Source: Convolutriloba macropyga (Eukaryota). From it: DNA of 64,000 bases. A program made the translations under genes and the position numbers. Position 1 is the stretch's first letter, and each line of letters begins with the position of its first letter. The notes beneath the pieces were generated by a model, which was not told the DNA's origin, ran no database searches, and was given only the letters and a program-made list of their open reading frames with translations. This document shows positions 50,442 through 61,772 of this stretch, piece by piece. The stretch lies in the NCBI RefSeq assembly GCF_964194025.1, contig NC_134476.1, forward strand, positions 27,094,001-27,158,000. Reading direction: 5' to 3'.

Positions 50442-51191
50442 ATGGATCAAAGTTCAGTCTCAGCTGACAGCAAAAAACCCTAGGCCTTCCCCTTCCGCAA
50501 ACGAAACCATAAGGGAAGACCAGTTATTCCTTCCTCCCAGTTTGATTATCATAATGAAAGCATATATTCTTTGTTTACCGATACCAACGTGAAAGTTGAG
50601 GACACTGTTTGCAAACCAAATGAGGATCACCAAGGAAACAACAACCTTTGGTCTTTCCAAGAATACAGCAACCGGAAATTTCAAATCAGCATCCCAGAGG
50701 AGACTATCAACACAAGCTCGAATTGGACCCACTTGAAAGTCTTTCGCGAAAATGTCGAAGGTGAATTTGTTCCACATCAGTTTCTGAGGCTGTCGGTCTG
50801 GGAATTGAAAATTTTCATCCAAAAATTACCTGAGATGTTGAAAGAAGCACTACAATTTGAACCCACAGAAGTTACTGCAAAATTGATGATTGACGAAACT
50901 TTGTTCCAGCCAACTGATGTGGAGGAAAAAGCAAAATTCGATGTGTTTTGGGAATTGAGTGAGACTGCTAGGCGAAAAGTATGTGTGACCAGAACATTTT
51001 ACCAAGATGATCCGAATCGATGTTATTTCAGCATCAAGCTCTTCACTCGAGGGACTGAAAAGGACAGTTTTAGAAGGAAATGCTTCCTTTCTGTCAGAAT
51101 TGGGGAGTTGCAGAAATTACATCGAATGAGCAATGAAATTATTTCAGTGCTGAACAAAGTCAAAAACCCGACAAAATCGCAAAGTGCATAG
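50442..51191 (+). pseudogene. Candidate tandem PC4-like protein, copy 2; same TAG at 50481
   Basis: Duplicate of 47474-48223 with 2 aa differences. Confidence 0.5.
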
Positions 51192-51275
51192 AAGTAATTG
51201 TAAACTTTTATAATGTATGTGATGTCTTTATTTATTCACTTTTTGAATTAAATTCTTTCAGAACAGTTGCTTGAT

Positions 51276-51674
51276 ATGAATATTAAGGAAATTGTAGAGT
51301 TCGAAAAAGAAATCAGTCAACTTTTTGTTGGAAATACAAAAAGGAAAAATTATTTTTTGGCTGTCTGTCGAAGTTTTGACAAAAATGCAGATCTAGATAA
51401 AATTAACAGAGAAGCTCCATTTGGAGGTCTAATAGGAGTTGGTGATTCAAAGTTAGAAAAACTTTTGAATTGGTCGAAAATTTTTCGTTTACATGCCACA
51501 TTTCATGATGCAACGGGATACCTGAAAACAAATCTAAATATTGGTCCTGGGTACTGTTACCTGGTTCCATTCCTTAATTCAAAATTTAACTTTTGTTTCT
51601 TGGGACATATAACAGGTCTAGCATATTGTTGTTTTCTGAAATTTTCACCACGATTCCATTCAATCAAAGTGTGA
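51276..51674 (+). CDS. HD-motif protein (possibly phospholipase A2-like), intact copy
   Basis: LHATFHDATGY resembles the HDxxY catalytic helix of PLA2-type proteins; family call tentative. Confidence 0.55.
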   Translation: MNIKEIVEFEKEISQLFVGNTKRKNYFLAVCRSFDKNADLDKINREAPFGGLIGVGDSKLEKLLNWSKIFRLHATFHDATGYLKTNLNIGPGYCYLVPFLNSKFNFCFLGHITGLAYCCFLKFSPRFHSIKV

Positions 51675-51717
51675 ATCATTATTTCCTAAACACGAACAAA
51701 AATCAGTTGCACTCTAA

Positions 51718-51971
51718 TGACAGATCATAACAATCACGCAGCTGACTTTATTTTCGATAATAACAATCAGGAGCGACCTCCTTGGAAAATTTGCGGACGC
51801 ACTTGCTCTCGAACAGCTTTTTTGTCAATATTCCAGTGCTTAGTTGTATTAATACTTCTTCTTTTTTCAATTATCAACCTTATTTTTGCTAGAACTTGTG
51901 ACGAACGAACAGTTTGGATTGCTATTCTTTCAAGTGCTGTAGGTTACATACTTCCTAACCCCAGAGCATAA
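51718..51971 (+). CDS. Small two-transmembrane protein
   Basis: Two hydrophobic helices; C-terminal SSAVGYILPNP; directly upstream of the ATPase. Confidence 0.7.
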
Positions 51972-51972
51972 C

Positions 51973-52713
51973 ATGAACAAGATTATATCAACAAAGGAAC
52001 GCATTCTGATGTATCTTGTTGGGCCTTCCGGATCTGGGAAAACTGTTTTCATTAATGATATGCTGCAAATGAGAATTTTTCAACCCTCTTTTGATCGAAT
52101 TTTATACTTTTATAAGCACTTTCAGACAATTTACGATACAATGATGCAATCAATTGCAGGCATAGAATTCATCCAGGGTGTTGACTTTGAATTAATCGAG
52201 AACTTACCAGCTGACGGCACAAAATATTTACTTATATTCGATGACTCATTAGACATTCTTTCCAAGTCGGAAAAATTCAACGAAATTGCGACAGCCGGTA
52301 GACATCGAAATTTAAATTGTGTTTATATCAAACATAATCTCTTCCACAAAAATAAAACTGGACGTGACGCCGAGCTTCAGACTACTCACATTGTTTTGTT
52401 CAAATCACCCAGAGATGTGCAGCAAATTGATATATTGGGAAGACAACTGGGTCTGGGAAAACAACTAAAACAATGGTATGATGACGCTACACAACAACCA
52501 TATGGGCATCTTATGATTGATTTGAGACCATCTACACCTGATTTGTTAAGATATTGTTCAAATGTAACTTCATTTCCTTCAGAATTCTTCGTACCGAACA
52601 GTCGTGCTCGTATTAGTGATATTAATGATAAACGCACAGAATTATTATACTCTGAAGCTCTTTCGGAATCTCAACAAGAAATTTCAACCAGCTTTCCTTC
52701 TACATTATCCTAA
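51973..52713 (+). CDS. A32/FtsK-HerA-like genome-packaging ATPase
   Basis: Walker A GPSGSGKT, Walker B LLIFDD, arginine-finger GRHRNL, HIVLFKSPRD, PYGHLMID. Confidence 0.95.
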   Translation: MNKIISTKERILMYLVGPSGSGKTVFINDMLQMRIFQPSFDRILYFYKHFQTIYDTMMQSIAGIEFIQGVDFELIENLPADGTKYLLIFDDSLDILSKSEKFNEIATAGRHRNLNCVYIKHNLFHKNKTGRDAELQTTHIVLFKSPRDVQQIDILGRQLGLGKQLKQWYDDATQQPYGHLMIDLRPSTPDLLRYCSNVTSFPSEFFVPNSRARISDINDKRTELLYSEALSESQQEISTSFPSTLS

Positions 52714-52945
52714 GGAATTCATCAGATTTCTCTGTGAGTGTATTGTAAACTTGATTAAAGGAAACCTCACAGGATTAACAAGAAATCAGTTCACTCGCTT
52801 CCAAGAACAACTTAGAAAACTCACATCAAAATTAACAACCCTAAGTTCCAGAAGACTTATATTGGGCTCAAAAGCTGGAATAACAATATTAAGTTACATA
52901 TACCAACCTTGTATGAACAAATTTTCAACTTTCTTCAATGAGTGA
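52625..52945 (+). CDS. Conserved basic Maverick protein (putative core protein)
   Basis: FIRFLCECIVNLIKGNL motif followed by a K/R-rich helix; overlaps the ATPase 3' end. Confidence 0.75.
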   Translation: MINAQNYYTLKLFRNLNKKFQPAFLLHYPKEFIRFLCECIVNLIKGNLTGLTRNQFTRFQEQLRKLTSKLTTLSSRRLILGSKAGITILSYIYQPCMNKFSTFFNE

Positions 52946-53384
52946 GGTCAAAAAGTTTGTTCTTGTTCCAAAAGAACTGTGGGAGACCAGAAAAAGGAAA
53001 CCATCGGAACCCTACAGCGAGATCTATAAAAAAGAAGAAACAGTTTTCCCAGTTATCAAAAAAGTGAAAGAAGAACGTTCCGAAGAAACCAATCATCCAC
53101 CTAAAGAACTTAAGACAGACCTGGAATTTCACTATAAGAACTATCCTGAGACATTGAAAACTTTGAAAGAGATATACGAAAACAAACGGTTAAAAATTTC
53201 ACTTTCCAATACAATTATTGTCGACAACGTTGACACAGGAGTTGACATAAAAACATTCCTTCATTCAATTAAATTGAAGAACGCTCCAGTTGATCCAAAC
53301 TATTTCCTTATTCTTAAAGTTCTAAATCTGAGACCACATCTGGTTAAAAACAACATTTTGAGGACACAGTATGGCTCAGACTAG
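52938..53384 (+). CDS. Conserved uncharacterised Maverick protein
   Basis: N-terminal KKFVLVP and C-terminal LNLRPHLVKN; lies between the core gene and integrase with overlapping start/stop. Confidence 0.65.
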   Translation: MSEVKKFVLVPKELWETRKRKPSEPYSEIYKKEETVFPVIKKVKEERSEETNHPPKELKTDLEFHYKNYPETLKTLKEIYENKRLKISLSNTIIVDNVDTGVDIKTFLHSIKLKNAPVDPNYFLILKVLNLRPHLVKNNILRTQYGSD

Positions 53385-54316
53385 TTCAATTACAGTTTCA
53401 GATAGAATCAAATTGCAGAAGTTGTATAAAGGGAAGGGACCAACAGCTTTCGGTTCTATCAATAACCTAACAAAAGCAAGTGGAATCAGTCGCGAGAGAG
53501 TTACAGAATTTTTACAGTCAAAAGACTCTTATACGAAGTACAAAGGAATCAGACGAAAATTTCCCCGGCTAATTGCGCATGCTCGCTATATTGATGAGAT
53601 TTGGTGCTTGGATCTTGCGCAAATGGATAAACTATCACGATGGAATCGAGGTATCAACTTTTTACTCGTTACTGTAGATGTTTTTTCTCGATACCTGCGA
53701 GTAGAACCATTACGGAGAAAAAGAGCAGAGGCCGTAAAAGCAGCTTTTATCAAAATGTGTTCGAAAAAGAACGAAGTCAATTTCCCAACAAAAATTATGG
53801 CTAGATCAGGGAAAAGAGTTTTTCGGAGATATGGCCAATTTCTGCGAGGACGTGGGAATCAAATATTATCACACTTATAGTGAAACAAAAGTAGCTTTTG
53901 GCGAGAGAGCTATACGAACCCTGAAAGTTTTAATTTACTGCTACCTGGAAGAAAACGACACATTAACCTATATCAAAGAACTGCAAATGTTTGTTGACGT
54001 CATTAACTCAAGAATCAATCGGAATATTGGGTTGGCGCCCAAAGATGTAGTGAATGCTGACTTTTTGACTGTCATGTACAAGCGAATGAAGCTACGAAAA
54101 AATACAAAGCCCAAGTTTCAAGTAGGAGATAAAGTTAGGTTGGCATTAGCAGAGGGCAAATTTCAGAAAGGATATAAACCTCACTATACACATGAAATTT
54201 TCCTAGTTCGAAAAATAAATACTTCAGCGCCCTTCCCGACATATTTTGTTGTTGATCAGAAAGGAGAAAACATTGATGGAATCTTTTACGAACAAGAATT
54301 GTCAAAAGTTGCATAA
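53371..54316 (+). pseudogene. int: Retroviral-type (rve) integrase, split by a +1 frameshift at ~53790
   Basis: WCLDLAQM (D); alternate frame KLWLDQGKEF (D); GERAIRTLK (E); PKFQVGDKVR, FQKGY, FYEQEL; one extra A in ACAAAAATTA. Confidence 0.93.
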
Positions 54317-54343
54317 TCATTTTTCAATTAGTCGCGCTAGAAA

Positions 54344-54682
54344 ATGGACGGTTACAATCTACCTTATTTTAAAGGAGTTCCTCGTCAGAGGGGGCGTGGC
54401 TTTGGAGCCTTGGCTAGAACAGTCGCTAGGACAACTCTTCCCATTCTCAAGAAATACGTTTTACCTGCAGCAAAAAAAATTGGACGAGATGTAATCGAGT
54501 CAGCCATTCCCGAAATTGGTGGTGTTTTATCAGGACAGACTTCGATTAAAAAAGCAGTAAAGAAGACTGCAAAATCAACAATACAGAAACAAGTTGGTGG
54601 TGGTATGAAAAAGAGAAAAAACACTAGACAAAGTGTTACTCGACAAAAAATTCGCAAAGACTTTTTGAAGAATCTTGACTAA
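54344..54682 (+). CDS. Basic core/membrane-active virion protein
   Basis: FKGVPRQRGRGFGALAR amphipathic helix; K/R-rich tail; QxGxG and QxGG putative protease sites. Confidence 0.8.
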   Translation: MDGYNLPYFKGVPRQRGRGFGALARTVARTTLPILKKYVLPAAKKIGRDVIESAIPEIGGVLSGQTSIKKAVKKTAKSTIQKQVGGGMKKRKNTRQSVTRQKIRKDFLKNLD

Positions 54683-54723
54683 TCATTTTTCCAAACAAAC
54701 GTCACACAGAACAGTCAAACATC

Positions 54724-55527
54724 ATGAATTCGTTTTATCTAGAATTGGTATCCAACGCTTCCTCTCAAGTTTACCCTCAAAATGCAATGGCTTCGTTCAC
54801 CAATTTTCTTCCCGACAAAATTGAACTGGATGGATCATGGGAAGTAGCTTTAGTCGAAGTATCATATCCCGGTATATGTTATAACATTGAAGGAGGATTG
54901 ATGACATTTCACTATGATGAGAAATTTAAGCATGTATTCGCTATTCCACCAGCAGTTTTTAACTCTATGGACGAATTTGCGAAGAGTCTTACAGATATAC
55001 CCAAAAAAGCACGACATCCCAAAAACTTAGATCCTCAATTTTCTATCAACATCGACAAAAAAAGTCGAAGACTAACTTTTTGCAATAGAGGATCTCAAAA
55101 TGTATCCTTCAGCAAAAGTTTGGCTGTTAACTTGGGCGTTGAAGCTGACAAACCTGTTATGCCACCTGATTCTAAAGGATCATACAACACCAAGTCCTGG
55201 GCAACGGCAGATCTCCCTTTTGATATTACTGGAACACATACAGTTTTACTCTACTTGGATATATATGAACCCAATTCAGTCGGTGATGTGAAATGTCCTC
55301 TTCTGCGCTCGTCTCCGTTCAAACACCGAGAGTTCGACAATGATGAGAATTTTAAGAGATCTCAGGTTCTGAGTTATCGCAGTTTCGAACACTTGAGATT
55401 CCATAAAGTAATCAAATCCAACTTCCACAGTATCAATGTAGAATTAAGAAACGCTGCTGGGCACCTTGTTCCCTTCTTCCCTATTGGTCAAGTTCAACTT
55501 ACGTTATTATTCCAGAAAAAATCTTGA
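54724..55527 (+). CDS. Minor capsid protein (penton)
   Basis: FYLELVSNASSQVYPQNAMASFTNFLP...LDGSWEVALVEVSYP and C-terminal INVELRNAAGHLVPF. Confidence 0.9.
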   Translation: MNSFYLELVSNASSQVYPQNAMASFTNFLPDKIELDGSWEVALVEVSYPGICYNIEGGLMTFHYDEKFKHVFAIPPAVFNSMDEFAKSLTDIPKKARHPKNLDPQFSINIDKKSRRLTFCNRGSQNVSFSKSLAVNLGVEADKPVMPPDSKGSYNTKSWATADLPFDITGTHTVLLYLDIYEPNSVGDVKCPLLRSSPFKHREFDNDENFKRSQVLSYRSFEHLRFHKVIKSNFHSINVELRNAAGHLVPFFPIGQVQLTLLFQKKS

Positions 55528-55567
55528 TCATTTCCTCAATTATCATTATAAAAAACGGTCGGCTAAA

Positions 55568-56812
55568 ATGCAAATGAATTCCTTGTCTCACTCTATGCTA
55601 GACTTTTTTGGGAAAGTTCCACTTCTAGACCCCATTCTTTGGTCCAATGAACAGCAAATATTTCCAACAAATTCCTTAAACGAGTCAACAATCGAATTTC
55701 AATTGGAAACTGATCGTAATATTTTTACTGACTTGCGCTCTACTCGATTATTCATCAGAGGAAGGGTTATTAAAGGAGATCGAACACGTTTAGATAATGC
55801 CGAAGAAACATTATTGGTAAACAATGCTCTTCATTCTCTTTTCTCTAATTGCGAAGTATATCTTAACAATGAACAAGTTCACAGTGCCAATTCTCTTTAT
55901 GCTCATCAAGCTTTTGTCTCTGCTGAATTTTCAGGGACAAAAGGAACGAAGGAAAGCTTATCTCAATGCCAAGGATATCGATACGAGATTGAGCCAAACG
56001 ATTTTACAAAAAGAGCATTTACAGATACTGTTTTTAAAAAGGATAAAGATGATTTTACTTTTTACGGTCCGTTAGCAATAGGTCTATTTGCCTGTGAAAC
56101 TTTACTTCTCCCAAATGTCAACCTCAGACTGAAATTGATCCGGTCATCTCCAGCGTTCTATATGATCGATACTGGTGGGCTGAACTCTGAGGCTACAATT
56201 TTGGAAGCTTGCCTTTTTACTAGACAGGTAGCAATCTCAGATAACTGGATGAGAAGTTTCAAAAGCAGACTGCTGCGAGAACCTGCCATATTTTACTATA
56301 ATGAAGAACTTCCAAAAACGTTTATCATTCCAGCTGGACAGAATCAGTTTATACAAGAAAATATATTTTCAAACAAGCCAATTCGAATGATTGATATTGC
56401 TATGAATCTGAATAATGAGTTCAGTGGATTATACAACACGAATCCGTTCCATTTTCGTAAATTTGGTCTTCGACAAGTTAAAATTGTGCGTGGGAATCAA
56501 ACTATAGTTAACTTGCAAACGGAAAATCATGTGAGAGCTTATGCTGAAACGATGAAAGCACTCAAGTTTGATGATGACGGTCCTAACATTCAATACAAGG
56601 ATTTTGAAAACCATTTTCATTTATTTTTCGATCTTATTTCAACACAGGAGGCCAATGTCGAAATGCATTTTCCTGATGTAGTTGGAGCAGGAATTCGTTT
56701 AGAGCTCTACTTTGCTAACAATTTGGCTAATACTGTAGAATTATTTGTTAGTGGTGAACGTATAAGTTCAATTGCAATTGACAAAGAGGGATCAGTCACC
56801 AAAAATGGATAA
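55568..56812 (+). CDS. Major capsid protein (double jelly-roll)
   Basis: IEFQL...DLRSTRL, VNNALHSLFSNCEVYLN, LLLPNVNLRLKL, NPFHFRKF, LFFDL; intact 414 codons. Confidence 0.92.
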   Translation: MQMNSLSHSMLDFFGKVPLLDPILWSNEQQIFPTNSLNESTIEFQLETDRNIFTDLRSTRLFIRGRVIKGDRTRLDNAEETLLVNNALHSLFSNCEVYLNNEQVHSANSLYAHQAFVSAEFSGTKGTKESLSQCQGYRYEIEPNDFTKRAFTDTVFKKDKDDFTFYGPLAIGLFACETLLLPNVNLRLKLIRSSPAFYMIDTGGLNSEATILEACLFTRQVAISDNWMRSFKSRLLREPAIFYYNEELPKTFIIPAGQNQFIQENIFSNKPIRMIDIAMNLNNEFSGLYNTNPFHFRKFGLRQVKIVRGNQTIVNLQTENHVRAYAETMKALKFDDDGPNIQYKDFENHFHLFFDLISTQEANVEMHFPDVVGAGIRLELYFANNLANTVELFVSGERISSIAIDKEGSVTKNG

Positions 56813-57200
56813 TCAACAACTCTTACATGTTGTCAACAGGTTCCCACACCTAAAGTTCAAATATCTGGGTTCCTTCCCTGCAGATCTTCGACCAAAAAAT
56901 TTACCTACAAACACGTTTTGTATAATCAACACAGATCCATCTACTCAACCGGGCTCGCACTGGATTTTGCTAGCCAATAAAAATGGAAAGTTGTTCTACG
57001 GTGATTCGATGGGAGAAGTTTTGGAAAAATATGGCATCAGGACAAAAGCAAACTTTGGTTCATTAGTACAGGAAAAACTCCAAGATTCAGAATTGTGTGG
57101 TTTATATGCTATTTATTTTGCACATGTGTTATTTTCTAAAGTCTCGTCTAAATATTTAAATGATTTTCATATTTTGAAGTTCTTTGATGATGTTTTGTAA
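56805..57200 (+). CDS. Adenain-like cysteine maturation protease
   Basis: INTDPSTQPGSHW (His), YGDSMG (Asp), LQDSELCGLY (Gln, Cys). Confidence 0.93.
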   Translation: MDNQQLLHVVNRFPHLKFKYLGSFPADLRPKNLPTNTFCIINTDPSTQPGSHWILLANKNGKLFYGDSMGEVLEKYGIRTKANFGSLVQEKLQDSELCGLYAIYFAHVLFSKVSSKYLNDFHILKFFDDVL

Positions 57201-57443
57201 GTTTTGACAACCAAAATCTTTAATTGTTTAAACATTAATCCGTATAATGATGCAAATGGTTTTCAAAACTTTTTTTAAAAAATTTCAAATTTTGTACTTA
57301 ATTATTTGTATGTGTATTTGTATCTAATTTAGTTCTTATATACAATGATTTTTTTCAAAAGACATTTTGTATGGTAAACAGTGAATTAAAAAAGATATAA
57401 AACGAAAGAAGGCTAAAAATTTACAAAATCTAAAGAAAATGAC

Positions 57444-60400
57444 TTATATATCTAGAGGAGTAGTGTGAATTCTTTCTTCACAGACTTTACGCTTGGGATA
57501 AAAGTATGACAGTCCCACTTTTTTGAGTTCATATGTGCATACTTTCTTATTGTCGACTACGCGAAATCCCCTGTTCGTTGAATATACTCGCTCCTCATCA
57601 AACAATACTTTTCTGTATTTGGCTAAGGGTTCCTCGATGTTGTTTTTGTTGAGCCCCTTACTGGATAATTTTACAGTATCTGATTGCTCATCGTAGCAGC
57701 AATAAGTTTTTGAGCACAAAGCAATCATTTCTGAGCATCTAAATTCTTCTTTGAACAAGCCTGGAGTTCTCTTGTCAAAATTCGCATGCTTGTTGCAACA
57801 TTCACGTGGGAAAAAGTTGCTGCTTGAGTTTGCTGCAAAATTATCACTGCAGTCGCTCTGTCTCATCCAGTACCACAATGATTGCATTTCTGGTCGAATG
57901 ATTTTGTCAAGTCTTTCCTCACTGAGCGCCATGTACAGACTGTCGGTATCCATTTCAATGAGTTCGTACTTATTTTTGTCGCAGAAAGTGGAGAAGAAAT
58001 TGTACTTGAGTTGTAACATTGTAAGTTTAGCGTACTGCAGAATAAAAAAGCCAAAAATTATTGGTTCCTTGTGCTCGATACGTGTTTTGCTCATTTCTAC
58101 CTCATAAATTTCTTCTGGTAGTTCATTCATAGTCTAGAAAAATCTGTTGTTGATAAACTTATCAACTTGCGGCCCCTTGACATATTTTGTGGTCGTGTGC
58201 CGGCTACGATCCATTATCTGATACCCGTATAAGCTGTTACCTATCAATTTCATAGTTTCAGCAACGACTGTTGAGTCTTTGTTTCGGTCTCCTTCGCGGC
58301 GAGCATCAACAACGTTTTGCACAAAGGACTGGAAGCAGCGGCGGGGAGTGTATTGTAGGAACCAAAAAACGTCTCTTAGAATCACTCCTTTTTCCAGATA
58401 AAATAACAAAAGTGGAGTAATAATTGGTCCTCTGTCAAGCTTGAAACTAGAAATGAGCATTTTTCTTGGTTTTGACAATAACTTGTGTCGCTCAGCAAAT
58501 TCTTTCATGTGGACCCCAATGTTGTCTCGTCCAACTTCACAATTCTTAAAAATAGGAGGAAAGTCTTCAAAGTAAGGGAACAAGTGTTCGGGGACTTCAA
58601 GGCTGCAATCGACCACTCCAAACAAATCTCCTCGTTTTATTTTTTCAATAAGAGCATTTTTAGAAAGGGGTGGTTTAAATGGATATTTCTTGTTGACGAA
58701 CTCCTTTACTCCATTTATGTTTTCCCTCCTCCACTGTTTCCACTGACACTCCCAAATTTCAACAACTGTGTATCCTAATCCCTGCAGATACTCTCTTCGA
58801 TCACTATCTCGTTCCCGTGTCTTTAATCCGTTCTCTATATCTTCAAATAACAGCGGCTTTTCCTCCTGACAGGGACAAAAGTGAAAGTAGCATCCCATTG
58901 CCTCAAACACTGTGTTGCAATGAGAGCAGAAGCCATCGACGAGATAAGTTCCAATTTTTTTCTGTTTTTTGTGACTGAACTGTGACTGTATTAAACATTC
59001 TGGACGAGTGCTCTGCAAGTATTCGATTACCTGGTGCTCAAACAAACTCCTCCAATTCCTTTTTGGGTGAAACTTTGCAGTGTCGTCATTGAACTCCCAT
59101 TTTGTGTAGAGTCCCGTTGGCATTTCCCTGGTCATTGAGAATGGGTAGAGTTGACTCGCATCAATGCCCACAATAGACTTGCACACATTTTCGGACTCTC
59201 TAATCTTTGTTTCGCCAACTTTTGCATATCTGGTGAAGATAATCGAGGGTCCTCCTGTCAGCCAATTTCTGATATAGTTATCATATTCCTTGTCTTGCAC
59301 GCAGAATGGGAAAAATGCAGCATCTGTTGATGAATGGAGAAATCTGTTTGCCAAGTTGGGAAGCGTATAGCCCAGTTTCAACATATCAATTTGTTTTGAG
59401 TGGTAGAACTGAATCATCTTTGTCATCGTATCAAGAGTGGGCACGACGTCTTTGTTGTTATACCACTTGAGAAAATCACGAAAAGTGTTCATGTTCTCCT
59501 TTTCCCAAATGTTTTGAAGTTCCCGGTAGTTCTCTTCTGCATTTTTGGGAACTGTTTTTAATTTCAGCTTCTTTAAAGCTTCCTTTTCTTCAATTCCCCT
59601 TTTTTTGCAATCCATGAACTTATCGTAATCGACTGACAAGACGTTATGGTTTTTCAACTTACTCCAGAAACTTTCAATTGGTGGCAGTTGGGACTCATTC
59701 ATTTTGGCAGCACTGTCAAACCACTCATAAGGGAAAAAACCCTTCTCTTCACTGGCTCCATACGCTTTCAGAAAATTATCCAGAGTTGTAACTCCTCCCA
59801 GGAAGTTAAGAATGTCCAGAAATTGCAAGCCAAGAAAGTTCATTCCAATATATTTGTTCCCCGTACGAATCACTTTGGGAACAACGTTTTTCTCGATTAA
59901 CAGATGATGCAGAAGATATTCTTTTATCAGGTTCAAATCATACCGAGAGCTATTAAACCCAAAAACAGGAATGGTGCTGTAATAGTTCTCAAAGTCTTGT
60001 CTCAATTTTGATAACATCTTGAGCTCGCACCTCAGTCTCCTAATTTCAAGTTCTTCATCCTCCTCTTCGTCGGGTTCAGCTTCGTTGTCAAATAGGTCTT
60101 CCACGCCAGTGGGTACCTGCTTGTCTTTCACAGGAACCAATTGTTGAACTGCCCAATACTTTTCTTCCAATTCCAGCACGAAAGCATTGAGTTTTTCCCT
60201 CATTATAAGTGTGCTTTTTTCAGCTATATTAGTCAAGTTGGATACAAAATCACGGATTAGTTGATACGGATCTTCGTTGCAAATAAATATTGGGTCTTTA
60301 AGTAGGTTGGAAGCTATCGAAACGCTAATGGGAACATGTTTTCCAATCCACGAAGTCAAATCAGTGTTTCTGAGTGTATTGTCGGGGACGGTTATTGACT

Positions 60401-61772
60401 CAAAATCAAATACAATAAGATGAGAAAAAAGCCTGAGCTCTTGAGGTACATTAATTTTAATGTCATCCAAACGATCAAAAATAGTTTCTGATAACTGATA
60501 GGCTCCTGTTGGGTATTTGTGATGTATGTTGTCGGAGCAATTTTGCATGTGTCGCAATAGGTTGAACGATCTGTCGAAATACTGATCGCATACATAGCAC
60601 CGGAACTTTTTTAGGAATTTGTTGATGTCCGCTGTCCAACAGATATGATTTTCATATCTCAGCAACGAAGTTGTCTTTGTGCGTTTCTTCAAGGAGCGAC
60701 GAGTTAGTTCAGCAAACATTTCAGATTGTTCCTCAAAAAATATTGTATAAACTTGAGTATTTCTGTCAGTTATCTCTTCAAGTACAGGAATATCGTCTTC
60801 ATGTATTCCTGGAAAGGTTTCGTCATCTCTCTTTGTCGCTGAGAGAAACATCTGCATCAATTCCATTGTTTTATTTTGTAGCTCATCACTACCGTACAAA
60901 TCGTAAGCTAAAGCACGGAACATACACAGGTTGTCTTCATAGGGCTTTTTTTCACAATCCGAAACAAAACACTTAACGTAACCGTTCCTGAGCAAAATAG
61001 ATGGAATATTTTGAGTTATACAGCCTAAAGGAACACCACTGAGGAGAAATACAAAGAAAGTGACATTTGTTACACAATAAAACTTCCACTTCGTGTCTGG
61101 ACGTTGATTGATTAGATTGGGTAGAAAATCTTCACTTCTCAATTTCGATTTGATAAAATTGAGATCTGAGTCATCGGAGAGAACCATAGGATTTAAAAAA
61201 ATGGGGTTGTTGTCTGCCGCGTAAAAGTATCGAAATTCGTCCGAGTTATACACACTCTGCAGCACGAATCCAAAGGAAATGTTAATTTTCGCTGAACTGG
61301 GTAAGTCGTTGTAAACGGAATCCAATTTGTTGATCACTGTTTCGTGGCTGAGTTCGAATAACTTGAAGTTATGCACTTTCTTTCTAGACAATTCAAGCAG
61401 TGAGTCTTGTAAAAAGTGTTGAACCGTTTGAAGTTCACTATGAAGAGCGAAGGATTCTCCGTATATAGATAAGTCGACGTCATCGTAAGCCACTGGAGGA
61501 GAATGTAGATGATTGTTTCGTTTATGATGGAGAAGTTGATAATATGTGGAGAACGATAAATTGCAGCTTCTACATGAAAACTTTTTCTTGATAACCAGAG
61601 ACGGTGCATGTACAGAAGCAATGTGTTTCCGCAGTTTCTCGTCGTCCGGAAATGACTGGGAGCATTGTGAGCAAACTTTTGCGTGACGCTTCTGATGTCT
61701 GCTCATATTGGATTTCAAAATAAACTTATCGCAAGACTTGCAAATTTCTTTTTGGTCCGACTTTCGAGGCAT
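57444..61772 (-). pseudogene. polB: Protein-primed family B DNA polymerase with N-terminal C2H2 fingers and vOTU-like domain; single in-frame TAG at 58134-58136
   Basis: Exonuclease FDFES, FNSSRYDL, YNNKDV; polymerase DASQLYP, KLIGNSLYG, MDTDSLY; the two ORFs share a frame (NRFF*TMNEL). Confidence 0.96.

Larger units (their letters stand above)
45724..51645 (+). repeat. Internal ~2.95-kb tandem duplication in the Maverick (45724-48677 and 48674-51645)
   Basis: 2968-bp offset across the ORFs (48299/51267); TTTT microhomology at the junction; a few substitutions between copies. Confidence 0.93.

Noticed and set aside
9817-58136. TAG reassignment or programmed readthrough (all three premature stops are TAG)
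   Set aside because: The likely original residues differ (W, probably Q, probably K), each is one substitution from a sense codon, and other ORFs here end normally in TAG
57751-61621. Short alternative-frame and antisense ORFs within pPolB (likewise within gag-pol)
   Set aside because: Shadow ORFs of long genes; no independent evidence
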